From Sedimentisphaerales bacterium (GTDB lineage: Bacteria > Planctomycetota > Phycisphaerae > Sedimentisphaerales > Anaerobacaceae), in assembly GCA_963708075.1 (NCBI GenBank), contig OY970194.1, positions 6,848,001-6,912,000 on the forward strand: 64,000 nt of DNA, in the 5' to 3' direction. Below, piece by piece: positions 52,029 to 60,899 of this stretch. Within the stretch, counting starts at the first letter, position 1. Each line of letters starts with the position of its first letter. The notes under the pieces are model-generated. The model did no database searches. It saw only the letters and a list, made by a program, of their open reading frames with translations, and had not been told where the DNA came from. A program made the position numbers and the translations under genes.

Positions 52029-52194
52029 TTGCCGGCCCCGCCCGCGTCTGCCATAATACCGGCAGTTTCACACCTCTGATGAAGCTGCGAGAAGTTGGTC
52101 GGTGGCCCCCACGGGCCGGACAGATGTGGTGAGGCCAAAGAGGACGCGGAGATTTGCGGAAAGTGAAATGTGTAGGTGCGACCCCCGGTCCTCC
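52029..52194 (+). ncRNA. Promoter + conserved structured leader + end motif, copy B
   Basis: TTGCCG-N17-CATAAT, conserved core, ends GTGAAATGTGTAGGTGCGACCCCCGGTCCTCC. Confidence 0.65.
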
Positions 52195-52407
52195 CCGCTA
52201 GCGCTCTGAGTGCCGAGGGCTTTGCCGAGGCCTTTCGACGGTTCGCATCTGATGAGGACGCTTCGCGTGTCCCTCCGGGGACTTTGGCGTCTGTCTTGTG
52301 GAGCGTCGAACGGCTGGGCCGGAGAACCATCACTTTCGACGGGTCACAGTAGCAGGGTGGGCTGTGTCCATCGCTCTTGTCTGAGTACCGGCTACCGCCT
52401 TTTTCCC

Positions 52408-52573
52408 TTGCGGGCCCCGCCTGCTCGTGCCATAATACCGCCAGTTCTGCACCTCTGATGAAGCTGCGAGAAGTTGGTTGCGGGCCCCCACGGGCCGGAC
52501 AGATGTAGTGAGGCCGAAGATGACGTGGGGATTTGCGGAAAGTGAAATGTGTAGGTGCGACCCCCGGTCCTCC
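52408..52573 (+). ncRNA. Promoter + conserved structured leader + end motif, copy A, 17 nt before the next ATG
   Basis: TTGCGG-N17-CATAAT, conserved core, same end motif as copy B. Confidence 0.65.
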
Positions 52574-52590
52574 GGTGAGGAATTGACGAA

Positions 52591-53514
52591 ATGAGCGACA
52601 CAGAACCGAACCAGAACGAGACCACCCTGGGCACGAAGCCTAAGCCGTTCGTCTTTGTGCTGATGCCGTTTGCGAAGGAGTTTGATGATACCTACCAGCT
52701 TGGCATTAAGGCAGCTTGTGAGAAGGCAGGAGCATATGCACAGAGGCTTGACGAGCAGCTATTTAACGAGAGCATGCTGCAACGCATTTACAACCAGATC
52801 GCCAAAGCTGATGTCATTGTGGCAGATATGACTGGCAGGAATCCCAACGTCTTCTACGAAGTAGGGTATGCTCATGCTCTCGGTAAGGTCGTGATCCTGC
52901 TGACGCAGAAGAACGAGGATATACCTTTTGATCTGAAACATTACCGGCACATCGTCTATGAGAATGTGGTTAGTTTACAACCACAACTTGAGACGGCCGT
53001 TCAATGGGGAGTGAAGCAGGCCAGCGGGGAGGCACTGCCTAAACCCCCGATTGCGGTCTATCATGAAGATAGGCCTTTGATTGACAAACCAACTATTGTG
53101 TTCACGCTATACCATCCTAAGACACAGTTGGACCGGTCACGCATTCGATTCTCTTTGACGTACGGCAATATTGATGAAGTAAATACGGTGCGGTGTAGAA
53201 TGGCCATATGGACCTCCAAGCTGTTCCGAACCGCTCAATGGTACGACAACCTGGGTCCGCCGCCTGTGGATGGAGGACCAACAATATATCCAATACTACA
53301 TCCTACTCAACGGAAGATTTTCACTTGTCCAGTGGTCATGTCCTTGCTACCGGAAGAATGGCGATCAGATGTGTTAGTGCTTGGAATGCGAACCGATGAC
53401 CTGAAACATGGTGAGCAGTATTTCACCGAAGATATGGTACTCCGCGTCTCCACACAATCCGGCAGCTATAGCTATCCCTTCACAGCAAGGATCGAGCAGG
53501 ATAAGAAACAATGA
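52591..53514 (+). CDS. Nucleoside 2-deoxyribosyltransferase/TIR-like domain protein with unknown C-terminal domain
   Basis: FVLMPF, ADVIVADMTGRNPNVFYEVGYAHALGK, IPFDL motifs. Confidence 0.8.
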   Translation: MSDTEPNQNETTLGTKPKPFVFVLMPFAKEFDDTYQLGIKAACEKAGAYAQRLDEQLFNESMLQRIYNQIAKADVIVADMTGRNPNVFYEVGYAHALGKVVILLTQKNEDIPFDLKHYRHIVYENVVSLQPQLETAVQWGVKQASGEALPKPPIAVYHEDRPLIDKPTIVFTLYHPKTQLDRSRIRFSLTYGNIDEVNTVRCRMAIWTSKLFRTAQWYDNLGPPPVDGGPTIYPILHPTQRKIFTCPVVMSLLPEEWRSDVLVLGMRTDDLKHGEQYFTEDMVLRVSTQSGSYSYPFTARIEQDKKQ

Positions 53515-54410
53515 TTGCCACAAAGACCGTACTGGTGTTGGGAGCAGGAGCGAGTGCTCCGTATGGATTCCCTACAGGTGGGGCATTGGTCGAACTAATC
53601 GCGAATGATTTTGCATCACCACGATTTGCGAAAGCCGAAAAAGTCATGCCGGAAGGATACCGAATCTTGACAGGCAGACTAAGACAGGCACAACACAATT
53701 CCATTGATGAGTTCCTTGAAAACCATCCATCATTTGCGGACATTGGGCGACAAGCCATAGCACTTCACTTGCTCCCGGCGGAATCCCATTCAGGAGCCAC
53801 CCTGATGGATTTGACCAAGAAGGATCACTGGTACAGATACCTGAAAGGGCAGTTGGGCCCTCTTGGTACATTCGGAAAGAATCAACTCAGGATCATCTCC
53901 TTCAATTACGACAGATCAGTGGAGCACTACCTGTACGAGACTTCGCGGACAAGCGATGAGCGGATCAATGATCAACAGTGTGTGGAGATATTGAAGCAAC
54001 TCCCTGTACTTCATGTCTATGGCAACTTGGGGCCATTACCTTGGCAGTCGCGTATCGGGACCATACCCTATGGTGGTAGTACCCCAGAACCATGTGCAGA
54101 GGAGATTCGACAAGCAGCCATGAACATCAAGATTCTACATCAGGGAACTGATGACGAAGTGCAACAGAATTTTCGGATTGCTCAAGAATGGCTGAAATGG
54201 GCTGAGAGGATCGTCGTTCTGGGCTTCGGATTTCACCACGCCAATGTTGAACGACTCGCACTCACTGAGACGTTTCAAGGCAAAAGAGAAGTTGTAGGTA
54301 CATGTAAAGACTTGGCTCTGACGAACAGGGCGGCTGCTTTACATGTTACTTTCCCCCGACCTGCTGCCGATTGCTACACACTACTGCACGATCATGTTGT
54401 TCTGTTATAG
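53511..54410 (+). CDS. SIR2-like domain protein
   Basis: KTVLVLGAGAS..YGFP, ISFNYDRS, LHVYG, VLGFGFH..N; ATGA overlap with the upstream gene. Confidence 0.85.
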   Translation: MIATKTVLVLGAGASAPYGFPTGGALVELIANDFASPRFAKAEKVMPEGYRILTGRLRQAQHNSIDEFLENHPSFADIGRQAIALHLLPAESHSGATLMDLTKKDHWYRYLKGQLGPLGTFGKNQLRIISFNYDRSVEHYLYETSRTSDERINDQQCVEILKQLPVLHVYGNLGPLPWQSRIGTIPYGGSTPEPCAEEIRQAAMNIKILHQGTDDEVQQNFRIAQEWLKWAERIVVLGFGFHHANVERLALTETFQGKREVVGTCKDLALTNRAAALHVTFPRPAADCYTLLHDHVVLL

Positions 54411-54776
54411 GTGCGAGGGGACAATGGGGGGAATAGAGGGTCACACCTACGGGGGAATAGAGGGTCACACCTACACATTTCACATTCCCGTCATTTCGGA
54501 GGGTAGCCAAATGTATAGAAGGGACCTTCGCGGGGTCACATTGCGAATTAGGAATGATTCCGGAATCGGCTCGCGAACACCCTGGAGTTCGCTGTCCGTC
54601 GTCACTCGGTTTCAGGTTTCTGTGCGAACGGCGCGACTTGCCGGTACAACCGGGAAGGGACGGCAAGTCACGATGGGACAAGAGGCAAGTAGTTGCACAA
54701 TCCGAGTCATTTCTCTATAATGGGCAGGGTGCACGAGGATCAGTCAATGTCAACGTCGAGCGACAAGGGAAACGCC

Positions 54777-55163
54777 ATGGACAATGCCTGCATACGATGT
54801 TTGGCCTGTTGCATCGAGAAGGTCGATCTGCCCACCAAGCCGGGCCAATTGGGGGGCCACCTTGTCGAAGTCCGCAGGCATGCCAAGTGGTGCGAGACGA
54901 CGCACCCTGATCCGCGCATCAAGCTCTTCATCCCATGCCATTTCCTGGACTACGTCGCGCGATGCTGCACGATTCACGACCATTTGCCGGGAGAGTGCCA
55001 GCTTCTTGAGCCGGGTAGTCCGGCCTGCCTGAGACACCGGCGGAAATTGTACGGCAGGGAGAATCCATCCGCATCTCACGTCGAGATGATGGTGCCCCAT
55101 AACCGGGGCATGGCTTGCTGGTCCCAGATGGATCGTGACTTCTCCGACGAGTCTATGTCGTAG
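54777..55163 (+). CDS. CxxCxxCC (YkgJ-like) Cys-cluster protein
   Basis: CIRCLACC, PCHFL, CTIHDHLPGEC. Confidence 0.65.
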   Translation: MDNACIRCLACCIEKVDLPTKPGQLGGHLVEVRRHAKWCETTHPDPRIKLFIPCHFLDYVARCCTIHDHLPGECQLLEPGSPACLRHRRKLYGRENPSASHVEMMVPHNRGMACWSQMDRDFSDESMS

Positions 55164-56320
55164 ACCTTCCTGCCTGCGAGCCGGGGGCTCCACGTAGGAC
55201 GCGGGGGCCTTCGATGGCCTTAAGTCAAGCTTTAGCGGGCACTTCAATTGTCACGGGGGGCAGGCCGGGATCGTTTGTCTTGGGTAGAACAAGGGGAGAC
55301 GTCATCGGGTGGGGGACGGCCCAATGCGGAGTGCGGAGTGCGGAATGAAGAGGGAGGGGTCAGGGCTCGAGGCCCAGGGGTCAGGTGGTTTCTTCCCTTC
55401 CTGCGTTCTTACCTTCTTACATTCTGCTCTGTGTCCTCCGGGCCCTCTGTGGCTAAACAATCAGTTGTCAGTTCACGGTTGTTAGTTCTCAGTTGACGGA
55501 TTTCCTCTCCGCGGACGCAGTGCTCTCTGTGGTGAACAATCAGAATCCGCGTGGGTTGAGAACCCACCCTGCATACTATCCTCCGCGTCTCGGCGTCTCT
55601 GCGTGAGATGATCAGTTGTTTTCAGTTCTCGGTTGTCAGTTGACGGTGGACAGAGGGGTCAAGGGGCGGGGGAAACGGTCTGAAGTGTGATGTTTGACGT
55701 GTGAAGTAGGAAGAGCCCACAGATTTCAAGAATCAAACATCAAAAATCAAACATCAAACTTAGCGATGTGTGACGTGTGAGGTCGGAGGCTCTGGCAACT
55801 CAATATTCCATCATTCCAGGGTTCCATTGTTCCCGCCGTCTCGGTCGGCGGACTGGATCGGGGTTATCCCGGATGCGTCACGAGGGCAGGCGGCGCGAAG
55901 ATTCTCGGACCTTCCGTGACTCGGCTGGCTGTCCTTTGTACCGGTTCAGCCTGGGAAGGCCCGATCCTGGGTGGCACGGGCAGACTCGTTTGCCCGTGGG
56001 GTTTCGAGTGAACAGGCCACGTCGAATGAGCACCGTCAAATGAGTCTGGCGGTGCCACCCGGCAAGCGAGAGGCTTCGCGCTAGACACATACTGGCCGTT
56101 GGGGCGGTGTGACTGGGCGATTGAGACTCGTCACGCACTGAGCACATAAAAACCCGTCTGCTTCGCCTGAAAAAGGCATTATATGTCACGGATCGATGTC
56201 GAAAGCCCCAGAAAAAACTTGCATAAACTGCGTCCTTGCGGTAAAATACGTATCTTAGGGAACTATGTCCGGGGATATAGACGCGGTGCAGTCGCGTGTT
56301 CGGTTAGGAGAAGGCAAATT

Positions 56321-57757
56321 ATGGCAGGCATGTTCTACTCGATCAAAGAAACAGCGGACCGACTGGGCAAGACCGAGGACGATGTGAGGAGACTGGCGAG
56401 GGCCGGAAAACTCCGCGAGTTCCGCGATGGTTCCCACACCTTGTTCAAGGTCGATGAGGTCAATGCCATCCTGGCGGAGAAGATCGACGTTGACGAGTTG
56501 CTTGCCGAGCCTGACGTCCCTGCGGAGCCCGCTGAGGTGCTGGAGGCCGAGCCTGTAGCGACGTCGGACGGGGCTTCCGATGATGATGTGCTCAATCTGC
56601 TGGAGGAGGAACCGACTGCGGCCGAGCCGGCGGCGGCAGCGGAGGCAAGCTCCGAGATGGAACTGGCTGCCGAGCCTGAGGCGGAGGCAAGTTCTGAGAT
56701 GGAGCTGACTGCGGAGCCGGAAGCAGAAGCAAGCTCTGAGATGGAGCTGACTGCGGAGCCGGAGGCGGAGGCAAGCTCCGAGTTCGACCTGGCTGCTGAG
56801 TCCGGAGCCGAGGCCACGAGCGAGGAGGACGAGTTGTTCTTTCTTGAAGAGGACGAGAAGCCGGCGGAATCGGGTGCTGAAACGGCCGCCGAAACAGACG
56901 AAGAGATTGCCCTGGCGGCAGAGAGCGGTGCTCCGGCTGAAAGCGACATCACGGACATGGACACAGCCCTGACCGGCGAGGGAGTCCCCGTACTCGGCGA
57001 AACCGATACCGAATACGACGTGACCGAGGATTCAATGGCCGAGACGGCCGGGCCCGCGGCTTCGGCCGGGGCGACCGGGACCGGGACAGGATCCGACGCC
57101 GAGGCTTCGCTTGAAGAGATTGAAGATGATGTAAATCTAGATAGCTTCGGCAGCGGCTCCGGTCTGCTGGATCTGTCGCTCCAGGCGGACGACACGTCCC
57201 TCGGCGGCATCCTGGATGAGATTTATACGGCCGAAGGCGGCGAGGAAGGCCCTGCGGCGGCCGAGCCGGGAAGCGTTGAGGACATCACCGCCGAGGTGGA
57301 CCATGTGGCTCCGGAAGAGGAATTGGGCGCTCCGGAAGCTGCTGTGGCGGCACCGGTCGTGGCGGCCGCCTATCCCGCCTACGCGGAGGCTGCGCCCGAC
57401 ACCCAGAGCAATGTCCTGGGCATGCTCCTGATCCTGCCCCTGCTGGCGCTATTATATACCGCTATTATCGCCATCTCCGGCCAGAGGGGGGTCGTGCCCT
57501 CCATCCTGTCCTCGATCCAGGGCATGATCTGGTACATCATCGGCGGACTGATTGTCCTGGCGCTGCTGATCTCCGGCGCCTCCTTCGTCATGGGCGGCGA
57601 GAAAGCTCCCAGGGCGGCGGCCCCCAAGAAGGTCAAAGCCGCCAAGGCCGAAAAATCCAGGAAGGAAAAGGCCCCCAAGGCCGAAAGGCCCACTGAAAAA
57701 CCCGCCAAAGAAAAGAAGGGCTTCAGCCTCTTCGGCAAGAAGAAAGAGAAGAAGTAG
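56321..57757 (+). CDS. Excisionase-like HTH + acidic linker + two TM helices + Lys-rich tail
   Basis: RBS TAGGAG; FYSIKETADRLG...LREFRDG; GSGSGLLDLS..DDTSLG; four 14-aa AEASSEMELxAEPE repeats. Confidence 0.75.
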   Translation: MAGMFYSIKETADRLGKTEDDVRRLARAGKLREFRDGSHTLFKVDEVNAILAEKIDVDELLAEPDVPAEPAEVLEAEPVATSDGASDDDVLNLLEEEPTAAEPAAAAEASSEMELAAEPEAEASSEMELTAEPEAEASSEMELTAEPEAEASSEFDLAAESGAEATSEEDELFFLEEDEKPAESGAETAAETDEEIALAAESGAPAESDITDMDTALTGEGVPVLGETDTEYDVTEDSMAETAGPAASAGATGTGTGSDAEASLEEIEDDVNLDSFGSGSGLLDLSLQADDTSLGGILDEIYTAEGGEEGPAAAEPGSVEDITAEVDHVAPEEELGAPEAAVAAPVVAAAYPAYAEAAPDTQSNVLGMLLILPLLALLYTAIIAISGQRGVVPSILSSIQGMIWYIIGGLIVLALLISGASFVMGGEKAPRAAAPKKVKAAKAEKSRKEKAPKAERPTEKPAKEKKGFSLFGKKKEKK

Positions 57758-57781
57758 CCGGACAGGACGGAACCCCCTTAT

Positions 57782-58159
57782 ATGACTACTGCACCAGAAA
57801 CCAAGAAGGATACGAGGCGTCGCGGTCCGAGGGTTCCGGCCCTGCCCGACGAGAAGACTGGCAAGATCAAGCGGTCGTTCTACATCATGCCCCAGGACTA
57901 TTAGCCCTTCTCGGACGCCTTCGGCGGCGACATCTCCGACCACCAGCCGCTGATGATCGCCGTCTGGATGGCGATGGACGGCAACGTGCAAGACTTTGTC
58001 CGGGAGACTCACAAGAAACACGGCATGGTCGAGACCATCAGCATCCTGAAAAAGCGACTGCCAGAGAAGATGGCTGATATGCTCCTGGCACAGTGGGCCG
58101 CCAGTTTGCCTACCGGGCGCAAGTCACAACTGATCCAGGAAGCCCGTAAGAGAGTATAG
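57782..58159 (+). pseudogene. Small hypothetical ORF interrupted by an in-frame TAG at 57902-57904
   Basis: ATG at 57782 is in frame with the 57953-58159 ORF; a single stop lies between them. Confidence 0.4.
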
Positions 58160-58495
58160 AGGCTACAAGTTCCATCACATGCAGCGCCGCAGATGACATA
58201 AAGAACACCCCAAATGCCCCGCCTCCTGCAATAGTTGAGAACCCACGCAGTGAAATCATAGGGGATCAAGAGAGGAGGGGTGCTGCCGTGGGTTAGCGCG
58301 CTGTCCCTCTCGCGAGGGTATCCCGACAACACCCCATGCTTACAGACGCTTCTCGCGGGCTGGATATGGATGGAAGAATGAAAATCCTGTATTTGCACGG
58401 GCGGAAAACGGCCCGTACACCGCCCAGACCGCCATGAGCGATGACGTCATCCTTGGCCGCCGCGATGGAGCGGGCGACACAGACAGCTCACATGG

Positions 58496-59443
58496 CTATT
58501 GCAGCAGGGCCTTGAGCTGGCTTTGGAGTTGGCGGTCGGTCTGCAAACGCTGCTCGGCCCGGCGGCAGGCGTGCGAAACCGCTGACTCGCCTACACCGAA
58601 ATGCTCGGCAATCTCGCCCAGGCGAAATCGACCCTGCCGCCACAGCAGGTATATCAGCACCTCCCGCATGGGTCGCTCCCGGTGCCGGATCGGCCGAAGT
58701 AGCGACGCATACTCCTGCGAATCGATCCTCAGCCTGCGGCGGTATTCCGCCAGATGCTCCTGGATCGTCCCATGCGATTGCAGGGCTCGCAACTGGGGCT
58801 TGTCTGGCTCTCGCAGGCCTTGCACACGCTGACGCAGCTCCTCCACCACGGCCTCGCTGCCCAGCACCAGGCCATAGTGCAGGCTCGAAAACAGCTCATC
58901 CGCCCGTTCATCGTATCGCCGCACCGCCTGGCGAAAGCCCCTGGCGTCGAGATCCAATTGCTCGTACACCAGCCGTGCATCAAACCACGCCGGCCCGCCC
59001 CGGCCATACGCCAACGCCCGGTAGCTGCTCCAGCGGTAATCCTCCAGTCGTTCCGCGAGCCTGGCCCGCAGGGGATTGCGATGGATATACAGCAGCAATC
59101 GCTGGAGATACTCGGTCTCTTGAATGAGAAAGCTCTTGAATCTCCCCTGGAACAGGTGCCCGCTTCGCCGATGTCGGCGATTATGCCATGAGCCGTACGC
59201 CACTTGCAGCCACTGCATCGCCGCCGAGAGGTTCGCTTCTTGGGTCTTGACCAGAAGATGATAGTGGTTGCCCATGAGCACATAGGCGTAGATGTCGAGA
59301 GAGAACCGTTCCGAGCACCGGCCCAGTCGGTCAAGAAAGTCCTCGTAGTCGTGCTCATCGCGAAAGATCGCTCGCCGCTCATTGCCGCGATTGAGCACGT
59401 GATAGAATGTATCTTCCTGATCGATGCGTAACGGCCGTGCCAT
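58496..59443 (-). CDS. Y1 HUH transposase (IS200-like/RAYT-like) with C-terminal DnaA-like HTH
   Basis: MARPLR, YHVLNRGN, NHYHLL (HUH), GHLFQGRF, YIHRNP, YRWSSY; LGEIAEHFG..ESAVSH. Confidence 0.9.
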   Translation of the reverse strand: MARPLRIDQEDTFYHVLNRGNERRAIFRDEHDYEDFLDRLGRCSERFSLDIYAYVLMGNHYHLLVKTQEANLSAAMQWLQVAYGSWHNRRHRRSGHLFQGRFKSFLIQETEYLQRLLLYIHRNPLRARLAERLEDYRWSSYRALAYGRGGPAWFDARLVYEQLDLDARGFRQAVRRYDERADELFSSLHYGLVLGSEAVVEELRQRVQGLREPDKPQLRALQSHGTIQEHLAEYRRRLRIDSQEYASLLRPIRHRERPMREVLIYLLWRQGRFRLGEIAEHFGVGESAVSHACRRAEQRLQTDRQLQSQLKALLQ

Positions 59444-59544
59444 GAACAGCAGAGTACAACGTCACGAACGGTGCCGTCAAGCAAATAATTCCTTATTCAA
59501 GACGTGACCCCGTTTCCGCTTTTCATTGTCCGCTCCCCCGTCTA

Positions 59545-60084
59545 TTATAAGCCAATGATTATATACTTGATATAGCATGCAGAACCAAGCCTTTCATTGT
59601 AGAGCAGAAGGTTAGCATCAAGCCAACTCAGACCGACATTGTCCTCTCCCACGTAGTAAGTCTCCCACGCGTCCCATTTCGCCAGATCAAACCAACCCGG
59701 CTGCGGGCGTCCCTCTGTGTACAATTCTATGTCCATGTAGTACTTATCGGTAGTCTTGAAGCGGAGGACTCCTTTGGAATATTGAGCCGCTTCCCATTGC
59801 TTGAACTTTCGTGCAGCAATCAGATGTGACAGGTCCTCCCGGGTAATCAGAAAGCGCAGCACATATGCATGCTCGCGAGATCCGTACAGCCCTATGAGAT
59901 GCGACATCTGGCAGTGGTCCGCTTCAATCCTGTGCACCGACCCTGGAATCGGCTGCACCACGAAACGCCGGAACATGAGTGGTCCATACAGGAAAGACCT
60001 GGTGACAATCAGCGTTACTAATAGAAGCACCGCAATACAGCAGACGGCTCCCACCACGACCGGATGTCGGCATTTCCTAATCAT
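59545..60084 (-). CDS. Putative immunity protein of the adjacent Rhs C-terminus
   Basis: Directly downstream of the Rhs-CT ORF; N-terminal TM helix; low GC. Confidence 0.55.
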   Translation of the reverse strand: MIRKCRHPVVVGAVCCIAVLLLVTLIVTRSFLYGPLMFRRFVVQPIPGSVHRIEADHCQMSHLIGLYGSREHAYVLRFLITREDLSHLIAARKFKQWEAAQYSKGVLRFKTTDKYYMDIELYTEGRPQPGWFDLAKWDAWETYYVGEDNVGLSWLDANLLLYNERLGSACYIKYIIIGL

Positions 60085-60114
60085 GTCCAACGATCCTCGC
60101 AATTTCAACTGCTA

Positions 60115-60890
60115 TTAGGGCACAGTCTGGGGTACGGCCCAAAGCCAACTGCTGCCCGGTAGCGCCTTAGCTGCAGACTCATATATACCCCATTGTCCTC
60201 TGATCACATACGGAGTACCGTTGTCAAACTCCAAATAGCCCATTTTAGCATCATCAAATATGTTCCACATATCAAAGGCATCGCGGAACCAGTCCTCGAA
60301 CCAGAAGTTGAATTTGATGTCAATAGCCCCACTGCCGTCCATGTTGTAAGCAACCACAACCGTCGCGTCTAGATTCAAGTAGCCACGTCCAAGCACCACT
60401 AGATTGTCCAGCCAACTAATATATGGAGGTCCGAAGTTATACAACTTCCTTACATTATGAGGGAATTCCTGGCGCCCGAGTGGCCGGTCGCCCAGTTCTT
60501 CAGCGGAAATCTCCCCATGCCTGTAGCGTGCGGCCCTTGCGAGCCATTCTGCATCCGCTTCGGCAATCTTGTCGAATCGATCGGTAGCCATCTGCCGCAC
60601 CTCGCTGCAGAAATCCCGCACATATTTCTCTATTTGGCGACTTCCCTTAAATACATCAAGCAGACCTGTCTGGGCCAGATCAAGTGTTTCGCCACCTTTA
60701 TTCACATACCACCACCAGAAGTTCTTCTTAGTCCATCGTGACACACTAGCCGGGTCCTCCATTGCTCCAGGAGCGACGAATGCCGCAGGCCATCTGGAGC
60801 CAATCATAACCATCTTCCCATCCCTCTCCTGCCATACAGTCACATCACCTGAAGGATCTAACGCATTCAATGGGCTGTTCGCACAATAGA
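60115..60890 (-). pseudogene. Orphan Rhs C-terminal toxin module
   Basis: Begins YCANSPLNALDPSG (end-of-core DPxG motif) with no core upstream; low GC. Confidence 0.75.
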
Positions 60891-60899
60891 GATCATAGA

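Noticed and set aside
52079..52132. Leader peptide MKLREVG..PPRAGQMW
   Set aside because: No SD sequence, the ATG is absent in copy C, and changes cluster as expected for RNA structure. Not fully excluded.
52070..52290. Hammerhead ribozyme (CTGATGA in the leader and at ~52249)
   Set aside because: The required GAAA after stem II is missing or not conserved, and copy C lacks CTGATGA.
40752..52573. Repeated leader as a CRISPR array
   Set aside because: Copies are dispersed, longer than 100 bp, in both orientations, with no regular spacers and no cas genes.
39790..55300. Classical integron
   Set aside because: No tyrosine recombinase IntI in the window and no convincing RYYYAAC...GTTRRRY attC sites at cargo ends.
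56639..56810. 42-bp tandem repeat as a non-coding array
   Set aside because: It is in frame and encodes the acidic AEASSEMELxAEPE linker of the HTH protein.
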